Positions 30,928-40,560 are shown, counted from the first letter of the stretch. The stretch is 64,000 nt of DNA from an uncultured Woeseiaceae bacterium (GCA_964569695.1 CAZMUA010000012.1:2059-66058); one strand, 5' to 3'. Notes: generated from the sequence alone by a model not told the origin. Made by a program: numbers and translations.

Positions 30928-32469
30928 CTATAGGGGAATATTGCCATGTTTCTTAGGTGGATTGCGGTCACGTTTATCGGCGAGATTCTCGAACGCTGCG
31001 ATTAGGATCGACCTCGTTCGTCGCGGTTCGATCACTGCATCAACGAAACCACGCGCAGCAGCTGTAAGAGGATTGGCGAATTTGTCTTTGAACTCTTCGA
31101 TTTTCTTATTGCGCAGCGCATCGGGGTCGCTCGCCTGCTCGAGATCGCGTTTGTAGAGGATGTTCACCGCACCTTCTGGCCCCATCACGGCGATTTCTGC
31201 CGTTGGCCAAGCATAGTTAAGATCGGTGCGGAGGTGTTTGCTAGACATCACGCAATAGGCGCCTCCGTAGGCCTTTCGTGTTATGACTGTCACTTTTGGT
31301 ACCGTTGCCTCAGCGAAAGCGAACAACAACTTGGCACCGTGACGAATAATGCCGCCGTGTTCCTGTTGAATGCCTGGTAGAAAGCCTGGTACGTCCTCTA
31401 GTGTTAATAGTGGAATATTAAACGCGTCACAGCAACGCACAAATCTGGCCGCCTTAACCGAGGCGTCGATGTCGAGTGTTCCAGCGAGGTGTGCCGGTTG
31501 ATTAGCAACAACGCCAATCGAACGGCCGGCTAGTCGTATGAACCCTACGATGATATTCCTGGCAAAATGCTGGTGCACCTCAAAGAATTTTTTGTGATCA
31601 GCAATTGATCGGATCAGGTCCAACATGTCATAAGGATGACTTGGTAACTCTGGAATGAGACTTTCCAGCATTTCATCTTCGCGATCAGATGGATCCGAGC
31701 ATTCCAAGTCAGGCGGCTCATCCAAATTGTTGCTGGGTAAGTAGCCAAGCAATTCCCTCACAAGGGCTAAACATTCTCGATCATCAGCGACCGCAAAGTG
31801 TGCAGCACCACTCTGGGAGTTGTGCGTCATCGCTCCACCTAACTCCTCCTTGGTAACCTGCTGGTGCGTAACAGTCTCCACAACATCTGGCCCGGTTACA
31901 AACATGTAGCTTGTGTCCTGCACCATGATGTTAAAGTCAGTAATAGCTGGTGAATAGACAGCGCCGCCCGCGCACGGACCCATAATCGCAGAGATCTGTG
32001 GAATCACCCCTGAGGCTAAAGTATTGCGAAGAAAAATGTCGGCATAACCACCTAACGAAAGTACACCTTCCTGAATCCGTGCACCTCCCGAATCATTGAG
32101 CCCGACGACAGGTGCACCCATCTTGATCGCTAAGTCCAGGATCTTCACGATCTTGGCGGCATTAGTTTCCGATAACGAACCACCAAACACCGTAAAATCC
32201 TGTGCGAAGGCGTACACGGTTCGACCATCGACACATCCATATCCAGCCACAACACCGTCACCCGGCACGCTCTGGTTGGCCATACCGAAGTCCTGACACC
32301 GATGCACCACCAGCTTGTCAAGTTCCTTGAATGTTCCGGGATCGAACAGTCGATCGACCCGCTCACGAGCAGTGAGTTTCCCAGCAGCATGCTGCCGTGC
32401 TAGTCGAGCATCGCCTCCACCGTGTTCAGCACGTGCCTCTAACTCGGAAAGCTGTTTACGTGTATCCAA
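30928..32469 (-). CDS. Acyl-CoA carboxylase carboxyltransferase subunit (PccB / methylmalonyl-CoA carboxyltransferase 12S type)
   Basis: 513 aa fused [44 protein letters not shown] and [14 protein letters not shown]. Confidence 0.92.
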   Translation of the reverse strand: MDTRKQLSELEARAEHGGGDARLARQHAAGKLTARERVDRLFDPGTFKELDKLVVHRCQDFGMANQSVPGDGVVAGYGCVDGRTVYAFAQDFTVFGGSLSETNAAKIVKILDLAIKMGAPVVGLNDSGGARIQEGVLSLGGYADIFLRNTLASGVIPQISAIMGPCAGGAVYSPAITDFNIMVQDTSYMFVTGPDVVETVTHQQVTKEELGGAMTHNSQSGAAHFAVADDRECLALVRELLGYLPSNNLDEPPDLECSDPSDREDEMLESLIPELPSHPYDMLDLIRSIADHKKFFEVHQHFARNIIVGFIRLAGRSIGVVANQPAHLAGTLDIDASVKAARFVRCCDAFNIPLLTLEDVPGFLPGIQQEHGGIIRHGAKLLFAFAEATVPKVTVITRKAYGGAYCVMSSKHLRTDLNYAWPTAEIAVMGPEGAVNILYKRDLEQASDPDALRNKKIEEFKDKFANPLTAAARGFVDAVIEPRRTRSILIAAFENLADKRDRNPPKKHGNIPL

Positions 32470-32475
32470 TCGCTG

Positions 32476-33129
32476 TTAACCCTTTCCAGCTTGTGCTTTG
32501 TCCCAGTCGGCAAGGAATTGTTTAAGACCAATGTCAGTTAGCGGATGCTTAAACATTTTCTGGAGAACAGCCGGCGGACAGGTACACACATCAGCTCCCA
32601 TTTCCGCTGCTTGGATGATGTGAAGCGGGCCTCGAACGCTGGCTACCAGCACTTCAGTCAAGAATTCATAATTTTCGTAGATCTCAACAATAGAACCAAT
32701 CAGGTCCATTCCAGAGGTACCGATGTCGTCAAGGCGACCTACAAATGGACTAACAAAAGTGGCTCCAACCTTGGCTGCCAACAGCGCCTGCGCCGCAGAA
32801 AACACCAATGTGACGTTCACAGGAATATTCTCGGAAACCAAAGCTCGACACGCCTTGATTCCTTCCTCGCCAAAGGGCACCTTAACAACTATGTGATCGT
32901 CAATCTTTCGCAGTTGACGACCCTCTTGAATCATTCCTTCTGTATCTGTCGCGACCACCTCGGCGCTGACAGGGCCTTGCACCAAGTCACAGATTTCTTT
33001 GAGAATTTTCTGCGGATCACCAGCTTCCTTCGCAAGTAATGACGGATTGGTTGTAGCACCATCCACGATACCAAGTGGGACCAAGTCGGTGAAGTGTTGC
33101 ACATTACCAGAATCAACGAACAATTTCAT
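32476..33129 (-). CDS. tal: Short-type transaldolase / fructose-6-phosphate aldolase (TalC/FSA family)
   Basis: MKLFVDSGN..., GATTNPSL, Schiff-base context VVKVP, TLVFS, SPFVGRLDDIG. ATG at 33129 has AAGGAG 7 nt upstream. The track start at 33153 adds 8 unlikely residues. Confidence 0.9.
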   Translation of the reverse strand: MKLFVDSGNVQHFTDLVPLGIVDGATTNPSLLAKEAGDPQKILKEICDLVQGPVSAEVVATDTEGMIQEGRQLRKIDDHIVVKVPFGEEGIKACRALVSENIPVNVTLVFSAAQALLAAKVGATFVSPFVGRLDDIGTSGMDLIGSIVEIYENYEFLTEVLVASVRGPLHIIQAAEMGADVCTCPPAVLQKMFKHPLTDIGLKQFLADWDKAQAGKG

Positions 33130-33216
33130 ACTGTCGCTCCTTGGGATAGACAATCACAGGTGCCCGTTTTATAAACCGTAAGTTTACCTCGAGGCAGTTG
33201 TACACTCTGAGCCTGC

Positions 33217-34650
33217 TCATCGCGGCGTCTCTTGAACTTGATTGGATGGGCCACTAATATTGGGGGCCTTCGCAGTATCAAGAGCCACAACCGCGTACAC
33301 ATAATCAACACCAGCTATCGCGGACGTATCCCGATAAGTCGTTTCCGTAATGATACCGGAGTGTAACGGCTGCTCAGCCCGCAATACCTGGTACCCCGCG
33401 AGATCTGCCTCAGAACTTGAATTCCAGATTAGGTTGATAGTCCCAACATTGGCAACTGCAACCAAATTCGTTGGTGGCGCGGGGGGGAATGTATCCACAA
33501 ATTTAACGCACGTTTGTGTTGACGGAAGACTCTCAATCATCATCTCGAACGTCTCAACAGGCTCAGTTGCGTCAACCGATTCGGCATCAGCTGTTTCAAC
33601 TGACTCCGAAGGATCAATGACCATCCGGTTAACCTGTTTAAGTGTTCCGATGATGTAGCAGCGCTCAAGACCAAATTCAACACGTGGATCCTGGAACTGC
33701 AAAGACTCTAATGGTGTGTCGTTTAGCGGTATCGGAGTAACATCGGTAACGTTCGTGTTCTTCGCAACTTCATATACGTTATACCGACTAGTAATACGTA
33801 GACGACTAGGTTGGCCAAATTCTTCAATTGGCGACGATTGTAAAAACGAATCCGACACTGGCACCTGAACAAGACGACGCGCCTCACGAGCTGGAATCCA
33901 AGTCATCGTAACAACATCGCTTGTGTACTGAACGCTAGGATATGCCGTTGAATGCGGCGGGTCTGTTAACCGCATTGGAATTGGTTCCGCCGGACTACGA
34001 CGTCCTCCCCTCGTAACGCCAATCGCCGCATAAAAGCGATTTGGAGGTGGTACAAATGGTGGGGACACAAGGGGGCCTTGGAGCTGCTGCAATTCTAGCT
34101 GCTTCTTATCCTGTTCATTGCTACGCCTGCGAGATCTCCGCCGGATCTCCGTTAGGTCGACTGGCATCAGCATCTCGGGTGTTAGTGTTTCGATAAACGA
34201 AAGGCGCTGCCCCTGCACATACCCAGCATCTTCGATGACCGTTAACGAGGGCACTGCTTGCGCATCAGCTGTCGATTCTTCGTCAGACTCACCATCTTCA
34301 AGATCCTCTGGTTCGGCTGGCTGATGCACTTCGAAAGTTGCAATGAGCGTTGCAGTTCTTCGAAATTCACGATCGGTCAGTGGCGGTTCAGTAGAGGGAA
34401 ATGAATGAGCTGTTAGAGCATACAGCTCGACACTGCCTATGTCTGCTGGCGTACTGCCATCTGAATTTTCAGTTGGTACATTGAAATTGAGAAACACCTC
34501 AGACCCGATGCGACGGATACTAAAGTCCTCGACTGGCGCTGGCACTAAGCGCAGTGGCGCAAGCGGAGGTCCCTTCTTACCGCAAGCACCGATTGTAAAA
34601 AGTGCCAGCGACGCGATTGACACCAACAGCCGCCACCGCGATTTTGTCAC
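33217..34650 (-). CDS. Lipoprotein with fibronectin type III-like domains, function unknown
   Basis: Lipobox LFTIGAC followed by [10 protein letters not shown]. Acidic and Arg/Gln-rich linkers. C-terminal FN3-like module [36 protein letters not shown]...YVYAVVALD. The GTG start overlaps the hslU TGA (GTGA). Confidence 0.6.
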   Translation of the reverse strand: MTKSRWRLLVSIASLALFTIGACGKKGPPLAPLRLVPAPVEDFSIRRIGSEVFLNFNVPTENSDGSTPADIGSVELYALTAHSFPSTEPPLTDREFRRTATLIATFEVHQPAEPEDLEDGESDEESTADAQAVPSLTVIEDAGYVQGQRLSFIETLTPEMLMPVDLTEIRRRSRRRSNEQDKKQLELQQLQGPLVSPPFVPPPNRFYAAIGVTRGGRRSPAEPIPMRLTDPPHSTAYPSVQYTSDVVTMTWIPAREARRLVQVPVSDSFLQSSPIEEFGQPSRLRITSRYNVYEVAKNTNVTDVTPIPLNDTPLESLQFQDPRVEFGLERCYIIGTLKQVNRMVIDPSESVETADAESVDATEPVETFEMMIESLPSTQTCVKFVDTFPPAPPTNLVAVANVGTINLIWNSSSEADLAGYQVLRAEQPLHSGIITETTYRDTSAIAGVDYVYAVVALDTAKAPNISGPSNQVQETPR

Positions 34651-36074
34651 AGGATGTACCGTGATAAATCCTCGTTTTTGACGATATCCGCCAACATGCG
34701 CTCTACGTACGCAGCATCAATAGTAATTGACTTTTCAGGCAAGTCCGGCGCCTCAAACGAAATTTCGTCAAGGAGCTTCTCCATTACTGTGTGCAAGCGC
34801 CTCGCGCCAATGTTTTCGGTACGCTCGTTGACAATGGTAGCGAAATTGGCGATCCGTTCGATTGATTCGTCCAAAAAGTTCAATGTTATGCCTTCAGTAC
34901 CCAGTAAAGCGACATACTGCGTAACCAATGCGCCTTGAGGCTCAGTAAGGATCCGCACAAAATCTTCCTTACCAAGCGCCTCCAATTCAACGCGGATAGG
35001 AAAACGTCCCTGGAGTTCCGGGATGAGATCGGACGGTTTCGACACATGAAAGGCGCCAGCTGCAATAAAAAGAATGTGATCGGTGCGGACCATACCGTGT
35101 TTAGTGTTAACAGTTGTACCCTCAACTATCGGAAGTATGTCTCGTTGCACACCTTCACGACTAACTTCAGGACCGTGACTGCCTTCTCGTCCAGAAATTT
35201 TGTCAATTTCATCGATGAAGATGATCCCCGCCTGTTCAACACGTTCAACGGCCGCCCGACCGACGCTTTCCATATCAATAAGCTTTTGTTCTTCTTCCTG
35301 TGCGAGATATTCAAAAGCTTCTGGCACTTTCATGCGTCTTTTCCGCCGATTACCCTGAAAAATCCCGGGGAGCATATCCTTTACATTAATATCCACTTCC
35401 TCCACCGAAGAACCGGCGATAATCTCAAACGAGGGAAAGCCTTTATCGCGAACATCCACCTCAACAGACCGACTATCAAGGCTACCGTCATGCAACTGCG
35501 TGCGGAATTTTTCTCGGGTACGTTGAGCATAGTCACGGGCAGCCTCAGCTTCAGCACTCTGCCCCACGGGCTTAACAGGAGGCAACAGTAAATCAAGAAG
35601 GCGTTCTTCAGCATTTTGCTGAGCCTTTTCTTTGACCTGAATCAGCCTCTCTTCGCGCACCATGTCAACGGTGAGCTCAACCAGGTCACGCACCATTGAT
35701 TCAACATCACGCCCCACATAACCAACTTCGGTGAATTTTGACGCCTCGACTTTCACGAACGGCGATTGCGTCAACCGAGCTAATCGTCTGGCGATCTCGG
35801 TTTTGCCAACACCGGTCGGACCGATCATAAGAATATTCTTCGGTGCGACTTCTTCGGCTAGTTCAGCTGGTAATTTCTGCCGTCTCAGTCGATTTCTTAA
35901 CGCCACGGCAACGGCCCGCTTGGCTTTATTTTGACCAATCACGTGCCGATCGAGTTCCACCACAATCTCTCGTGGCGTCAGTTTATCGACCGTCGAGCCA
36001 GCTGAGGCTGGTAAATAAATCGGCACTAGCTGCGATTCCACAAATTTATTAACCCTACGACGAACAAACTCCAT
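34647..36074 (-). CDS. hslU: ATP-dependent protease ATPase subunit HslU
   Basis: 475 aa. Walker [26 protein letters not shown]-domain insertion, and C-terminal ...EDLSRYIL. Confidence 0.97.
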   Translation of the reverse strand: MEFVRRRVNKFVESQLVPIYLPASAGSTVDKLTPREIVVELDRHVIGQNKAKRAVAVALRNRLRRQKLPAELAEEVAPKNILMIGPTGVGKTEIARRLARLTQSPFVKVEASKFTEVGYVGRDVESMVRDLVELTVDMVREERLIQVKEKAQQNAEERLLDLLLPPVKPVGQSAEAEAARDYAQRTREKFRTQLHDGSLDSRSVEVDVRDKGFPSFEIIAGSSVEEVDINVKDMLPGIFQGNRRKRRMKVPEAFEYLAQEEEQKLIDMESVGRAAVERVEQAGIIFIDEIDKISGREGSHGPEVSREGVQRDILPIVEGTTVNTKHGMVRTDHILFIAAGAFHVSKPSDLIPELQGRFPIRVELEALGKEDFVRILTEPQGALVTQYVALLGTEGITLNFLDESIERIANFATIVNERTENIGARRLHTVMEKLLDEISFEAPDLPEKSITIDAAYVERMLADIVKNEDLSRYIL

Positions 36075-36095
36075 CGTGTTTGGTCAGCACACTTG

Positions 36096-36623
36096 TCACA
36101 ATTCTTCAATCGTAATCGAATCATTGGTGTAGATGCAGATGCTCGCCGCGATGTTCATTGCTTGCTCGGCAATCGCATGCGCGTCGAGCGAGGTGTTCTG
36201 AGCCAAGGCTTTGGCCGCTGCTAAGGCGTACACTCCACCTGAACCGATTGCAATAATTCCGTCATCGGGCTCAATAAGGTCGCCAGTGCCAGACAACAAG
36301 AAGGTTGACGACTTATCCAGCACAAGCAACATCGCTTCTAAACGCCTGAGCAAGCGGTCAGTGCGCCAGTCCTTGGCCAACTCAACGGCTGAACGTTCTA
36401 GATTCCCCCGATACTCTTCTAACTTTGCCTCGAACCGAGCAAACAACGCGAAAGAGTCAGCTGCTGACCCCGCGAATCCTGCGAGTATCTGATCCTTATA
36501 CAGTCGTCGAATCTTACGAGCGCCCTGCTTGACAACTGTGTTCGCAAAAGTAACCTGACCGTCGCCTGCCATGACGGCGCGTCCCTGGTGCCTCACGACT
36601 AAAACCGTTGTGCTATGAATCAT
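36096..36623 (-). CDS. hslV: ATP-dependent protease peptidase subunit HslV
   Basis: [25 protein letters not shown]..., [10 protein letters not shown] and AIGSGG. Three residues precede the conserved Thr-Thr. Confidence 0.95.
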   Translation of the reverse strand: MIHSTTVLVVRHQGRAVMAGDGQVTFANTVVKQGARKIRRLYKDQILAGFAGSAADSFALFARFEAKLEEYRGNLERSAVELAKDWRTDRLLRRLEAMLLVLDKSSTFLLSGTGDLIEPDDGIIAIGSGGVYALAAAKALAQNTSLDAHAIAEQAMNIAASICIYTNDSITIEEL

Positions 36624-36712
36624 GAGTTGAAAGCGGAAGGTATCAGTTCTTTATTTCGATTTATCGCGAGTCTAGTAGATGCATGAAAATACTGTCAACG
36701 TCTCGGAAATAA

Positions 36713-37261
36713 TCAATTCTCAAGATTTCCACGAATTAGAAGCGTCCGATCAATCATAAATTCACCCAACTTGACCCAAGGGTCACTACGATGTTTGGCA
36801 AAGAGACTAAGCTTGGCATCCTGAAACAATCGGTGTTCCATCAATTCCCGCCGTGGTTGAATCCCCGTGTAACCCAAACTGGATTGCATGACAAATGCGG
36901 CAGTGGTCGAACCTGGCTCGAGCCCTGCCAAATCAATGGCAAAAATGGTTGAACTGCCAAGCTCTTCTGGATCGTCCGTACCGTCAGGCATCACCAAACG
37001 AAAAGAACCAAGGAGCTGAACTGAACTGACATTGTCCTCAAGTACATTTTGAAGTGTAAATGAAATACCCGGAACAATCTTGTTCTTCCCATCTTCAAGA
37101 ATGCCTGCGTCAAACCACCCAGTCGTTATATCAGTAACGACCAGTGCCTCGGTGACATCAATCGACGGACTGCATCCCGAGCCAAGGCTCGTCACTCCTA
37201 GCACGAAGAGCCCAACGGGGCCGAGCCGCCGCCACCATCTAGTTTGTCTTGAAGAATGCAT
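36713..37261 (-). CDS. Hypothetical lipoprotein
   Basis: Start placed at ATG 37261: MHSSRQTRWWRRLGPVGLFVLGVTSLGSGC (lipobox LGSGC). 182 aa with no recognisable domain. Lies 16 nt downstream of the VWA gene stop. Confidence 0.55.
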   Translation of the reverse strand: MHSSRQTRWWRRLGPVGLFVLGVTSLGSGCSPSIDVTEALVVTDITTGWFDAGILEDGKNKIVPGISFTLQNVLEDNVSSVQLLGSFRLVMPDGTDDPEELGSSTIFAIDLAGLEPGSTTAAFVMQSSLGYTGIQPRRELMEHRLFQDAKLSLFAKHRSDPWVKLGEFMIDRTLLIRGNLEN

Positions 37262-37277
37262 CAACACGGATTGTAGA

Positions 37278-38948
37278 TCAGAATTCCCCTGTATCAATCC
37301 GCTTTATCGTATCCTCGCGTGAAAGTTCTCCCGCCCGTAAGGCGATCAAGTCAGACCCGCGAATCTTCAGCATCATTTTCATGCCTAGGGTGTCATTCGG
37401 TGAAAACGAAGCGACGGTGGCGACAACCAGCCAGTCATCGGCACCGAGCAGGATCGCTTCGCTATGATCTAGTATGACGGCCGTCACTTCGGTCGCGATC
37501 TGGGCCGTGTATTCCGCTTGAAGATCTTCCTCACTCGCGACGCGCCGAGCGAGCCGACCTCGTTGTGACCCTGTTCGAGTGGGTCCCATCGGAGATCCAG
37601 GCGGCAGCGGTCGTCGAAAGGCTAGAAGCGCCCGTTCAAAATTTTCCATTAATTGCTCGTCATCAAACGTACGCATATTCTCCCTGAGCACGGGAAGCAC
37701 TTCATCAAGATCGGCGGCGAGGCGTGCACTGAGATCTGATTGGTTCAACTGGCGAAACACCCAGTTAATACTAGGACGAAGCATCGGCACTTGAACGTCA
37801 AAAAAGACACCATACCCATCCAATCTAAAGCCACGTGCCTGCGCAGTCCCCGCAAAATTGATTCTACTGCTTGGATCAGACGTCTCTATTCGCGATGCGA
37901 ATTGCTCTGCGCCATGTGTCACTGCCTGTTCGAAAACACGTTCCATGATGCGCAACTGGTATCGCGATTCGATCGGATCAGACGAAGCGATCTTTTCATT
38001 TGGACTCGCTTCCGATGAAAGAACGGCCGGATTACCACGGGCAACCCAAGACGCGTCGGCCATTTCAATCTCAACTCGATCGGGAGGGATGAGCATGTCA
38101 GGACGAGCGTACACCACCAAGTACTGATTCAGCAGTTCGTGGGCAAGCGCTTCCAACGTTTCCTGCAAACGCTGCCCTCTCAGAAGGTCGTGACGCTTCC
38201 CACCGGTCCTCTCAGTTCCACGGTCGAGGACCATGTCGCGATACCGTGCATTCGTACCAAGTCCTGCACCCCTTGAAGTTAAGACCACGGCATGCAGACT
38301 TGCCCCACTTTCATCGACGCTTTGCAAGACCGACTGATAAGACCGACTACTGTAATCAACTCCCTCAGCCGTCACAACGAGAATGATAGGACGCGTTGTA
38401 TTCCGACGGCTCAACCCACGCGATGCGTTCAAAATCGTATCCAGGAGATGGCCACCACTCATGGGCCGTGGGAAAATCCGTTTGACTGCAGCTTGTAGTT
38501 CTTCAGGGTTATTCCGATAGTCAGTAACAATGGTTGGCCTGTCGCCAATCGTGAACAAGGCCATCTCGTGAGAACCAGCCATCATCTTGACAAATGATTC
38601 AAGGCCCGCCCGCAGATCTCGCAGGTACGGGCGAACCGCTTCACTATTGTCGATGACCAAGGCGATTTGGAACGAGCCGGTCGCTTTCGTGACACTTAAC
38701 ACTTCACGCCGTATGCCATCTTCACGCACAATGAATGCATCGGCAGCGAGACCAACGACCGGATTATCTTGTTGATCCAGCACACTCACATAAATCCGCT
38801 GGTCACTAGCAGAAGCTTGGAACGACTCAGCCACAGTGCTTGGTGGTATCGTCGACACTTCGGCTGCTCTCATGTTCGCTGCTAACAGTGGAAGCGCCAA
38901 AACGTTTAGCGCCAACAAGGTCAGGACGTTAGCTACCAGTGCTCTCAC
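37278..38948 (-). CDS. Secreted VWA-domain protein (acidobacterial VWFA-related type) with unassigned C-terminal half
   Basis: Signal peptide MRALVANVLTLLALNVLALPLLAA. IYVSVLDQQDNPVVGL..DAFIVREDG... followed by a VWA fold (ALVIDNSEA in the MIDAS position, ILVVTAEG) follows the TIGR03436-type pattern as I remember it. Residues ~290-556 carry no motif I recognise. Confidence 0.7.
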   Translation of the reverse strand: MRALVANVLTLLALNVLALPLLAANMRAAEVSTIPPSTVAESFQASASDQRIYVSVLDQQDNPVVGLAADAFIVREDGIRREVLSVTKATGSFQIALVIDNSEAVRPYLRDLRAGLESFVKMMAGSHEMALFTIGDRPTIVTDYRNNPEELQAAVKRIFPRPMSGGHLLDTILNASRGLSRRNTTRPIILVVTAEGVDYSSRSYQSVLQSVDESGASLHAVVLTSRGAGLGTNARYRDMVLDRGTERTGGKRHDLLRGQRLQETLEALAHELLNQYLVVYARPDMLIPPDRVEIEMADASWVARGNPAVLSSEASPNEKIASSDPIESRYQLRIMERVFEQAVTHGAEQFASRIETSDPSSRINFAGTAQARGFRLDGYGVFFDVQVPMLRPSINWVFRQLNQSDLSARLAADLDEVLPVLRENMRTFDDEQLMENFERALLAFRRPLPPGSPMGPTRTGSQRGRLARRVASEEDLQAEYTAQIATEVTAVILDHSEAILLGADDWLVVATVASFSPNDTLGMKMMLKIRGSDLIALRAGELSREDTIKRIDTGEF

Positions 38949-38962
38949 AACTACCCCCTAAG

Positions 38963-39739
38963 CTATCTTCCTGCCACAAGCACGAGATAATCCATCAGTT
39001 CATGATGCTGGACAACTTCTGCCTCGGTAAATCCCTGAAGCTCTCCTAACTGTTGGTCGATCCGCAACAAATCAGTCTGTCGTTGAACCTCGGTTTCTCG
39101 TAACAACTGTGCAAAACGGAGTGCCAGTTCGCGTTGTTGACGTTGCTCGCTCTCGTCTACTAAACCTTGCACGCGTTCAACGAGCGCGTCATCAGTCATG
39201 CCGATTCGACTACCTTTATCTCCCAGTTCCGCATTCGCCAGCGAAACCTTAGAAGCAGAAACAGCCTGACTTTCAGCAAATTCCTCTCGCAGTCCCTGGG
39301 CTAATGTTTCGAATTCCTTACGCCACTCTGGCTCCGCGTTTTCAAGTACAGGTGCGGTAGTCGGTCTTGTCCAACCTGTCCGCACGAGGAGCCCTTCCGA
39401 TCCGTACGTAATCTCAAGATTAACCAATGAAACAGCCACAGCGGTTACCAGTAACGCTGCTGCAGCTAACCCAAAAGCGCGAACGGGCTGCGAATGCCAC
39501 CACGGCCTAAACCCAGAATCATTACGACTAACAAGTTGAAATTGAGGTTCAGGTTCTGCTGGCGCCCACTCGGTCAACATGCTGCGTACGCCTTTCAATT
39601 CGTCAATCTCCTGCGCACAAGCAGTGCAAGTCATTAAATGACTGGATATCCATTGCCGCTCCTCTGCACTGCACTCGTCATAGAGATAAGCGATGAGTAC
39701 CGCCTTATCTCCACATAAATTTAATCGCTTTGAATCCAT
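38963..39739 (-). CDS. Anti-sigma factor, zf-HC2 type, single-pass membrane protein
   Basis: H-x3-C-x2-C motif (SSHLMTCTAC), TM helix AFGLAAAALLVTAVAVSLV, and a Gln/Glu-rich extracytoplasmic tail. ATG at 39739 shares one base with the sigma-factor TAA. Confidence 0.8.
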   Translation of the reverse strand: MDSKRLNLCGDKAVLIAYLYDECSAEERQWISSHLMTCTACAQEIDELKGVRSMLTEWAPAEPEPQFQLVSRNDSGFRPWWHSQPVRAFGLAAAALLVTAVAVSLVNLEITYGSEGLLVRTGWTRPTTAPVLENAEPEWRKEFETLAQGLREEFAESQAVSASKVSLANAELGDKGSRIGMTDDALVERVQGLVDESEQRQQRELALRFAQLLRETEVQRQTDLLRIDQQLGELQGFTEAEVVQHHELMDYLVLVAGR

Positions 39740-40404
39740 TATGATTCCCTTGCTGATGACCAATTAACACGCGATTGACTCAGTCCGGCCTCTACCCGGA
39801 CCAAGGGGTTGGAAAGTCCCAATCGCCTGAACTCCCCTCGCAGTTGACTTAGCCCGTGATACACCCGTGTCTTAATTGTGCTCACTGGACAATCCAATAA
39901 ATTCGAAATCTCCTGAAACGTAAATCCGTGGTATTCCTTCAGCACAACTGCTGTCCGCTGTTCCTTGGAAAGACCTTGCATCGCCTTCGCAACCATGTCG
40001 CCTAATTCTCGACGTTCGACTAGATCCTGAATCGATTCGGATGTGTCGTCGGCCGGAGCCAAATCAAGGATGTCAATATCTTGTGGTGCAGCAACAACTG
40101 GTGTTCGACGCTCTCGACGGATCCAGTCACGACACAAGTTGATCGCGATACGATAGAGCCACGACGAAAATTTGGCCTCACTCCTAAAATTTCTTAACCC
40201 TCGAAATGCGCGCAGAAAGGTTTCCTGACAGACGTCACGAGCATCGTCTTCCCGGCCGATCAGACGATAGGCAAGTCGATAAATTGGCCGTTCCCATCGC
40301 TGCATGAGTGCATTAAAGCTCTCAGTGTCACCCTCAACACATCGGGCGACAAGTTCCTCATCGGTCCAACTCATCGTATCCACCAATGTCCCCATTAATG
40401 ACAC
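39739..40404 (-). CDS. ECF-type RNA polymerase sigma-70 factor
   Basis: Region 2: IYRLAYRLIGREDDARDVCQETFLRAFRGLRNF..FSSWLYRIAINLCRDW. Region 4: QRTAVVLKEYHGFTFQEISNLLDCPVSTIKTRVYHG. The start is ambiguous: GTG 40404, ATG 40395 or ATG 40374. Confidence 0.92.
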   Translation of the reverse strand: MSLMGTLVDTMSWTDEELVARCVEGDTESFNALMQRWERPIYRLAYRLIGREDDARDVCQETFLRAFRGLRNFRSEAKFSSWLYRIAINLCRDWIRRERRTPVVAAPQDIDILDLAPADDTSESIQDLVERRELGDMVAKAMQGLSKEQRTAVVLKEYHGFTFQEISNLLDCPVSTIKTRVYHGLSQLRGEFRRLGLSNPLVRVEAGLSQSRVNWSSARES

Positions 40405-40453
40405 ATCCTTGGTCTACGCATACCCTTGGGCCCACTTGCGACTTCTATAACTT

Positions 40454-40481
40454 TAGACGACACAAACCCTCGAAGAGTTGG
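40454..40481 (-). promoter_or_regulatory. Candidate ECF-type promoter (CCAAC-N17-CGTCTA) upstream of the sigma gene
   Basis: The minus strand reads CCAAC (40481-40477), a 17-nt spacer, then CGTCTA (40459-40454). The AAC-containing -35 and CGT-containing -10 resemble autoregulated ECF promoters. It lies about 50 nt upstream of the ORF. Confidence 0.3.
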
Positions 40482-40560
40482 CTACACTACCCCTTAAAAT
40501 TCCAGCAAACCTTCTAAAACGATAAGTCATTGTATAAAATGACTTTATCTGTTTCCCACA

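Noticed and set aside
32545-33039. 164-aa plus-strand ORF.
   Set aside because: Antisense to the well-supported transaldolase gene. No motifs. Shadow ORF.
34935-35591. 218-aa plus-strand ORF.
   Set aside because: Entirely antisense to the highly conserved hslU. The product is low-complexity and Phe/Asn/Arg-rich, with no RBS or motif. This is a typical shadow ORF.
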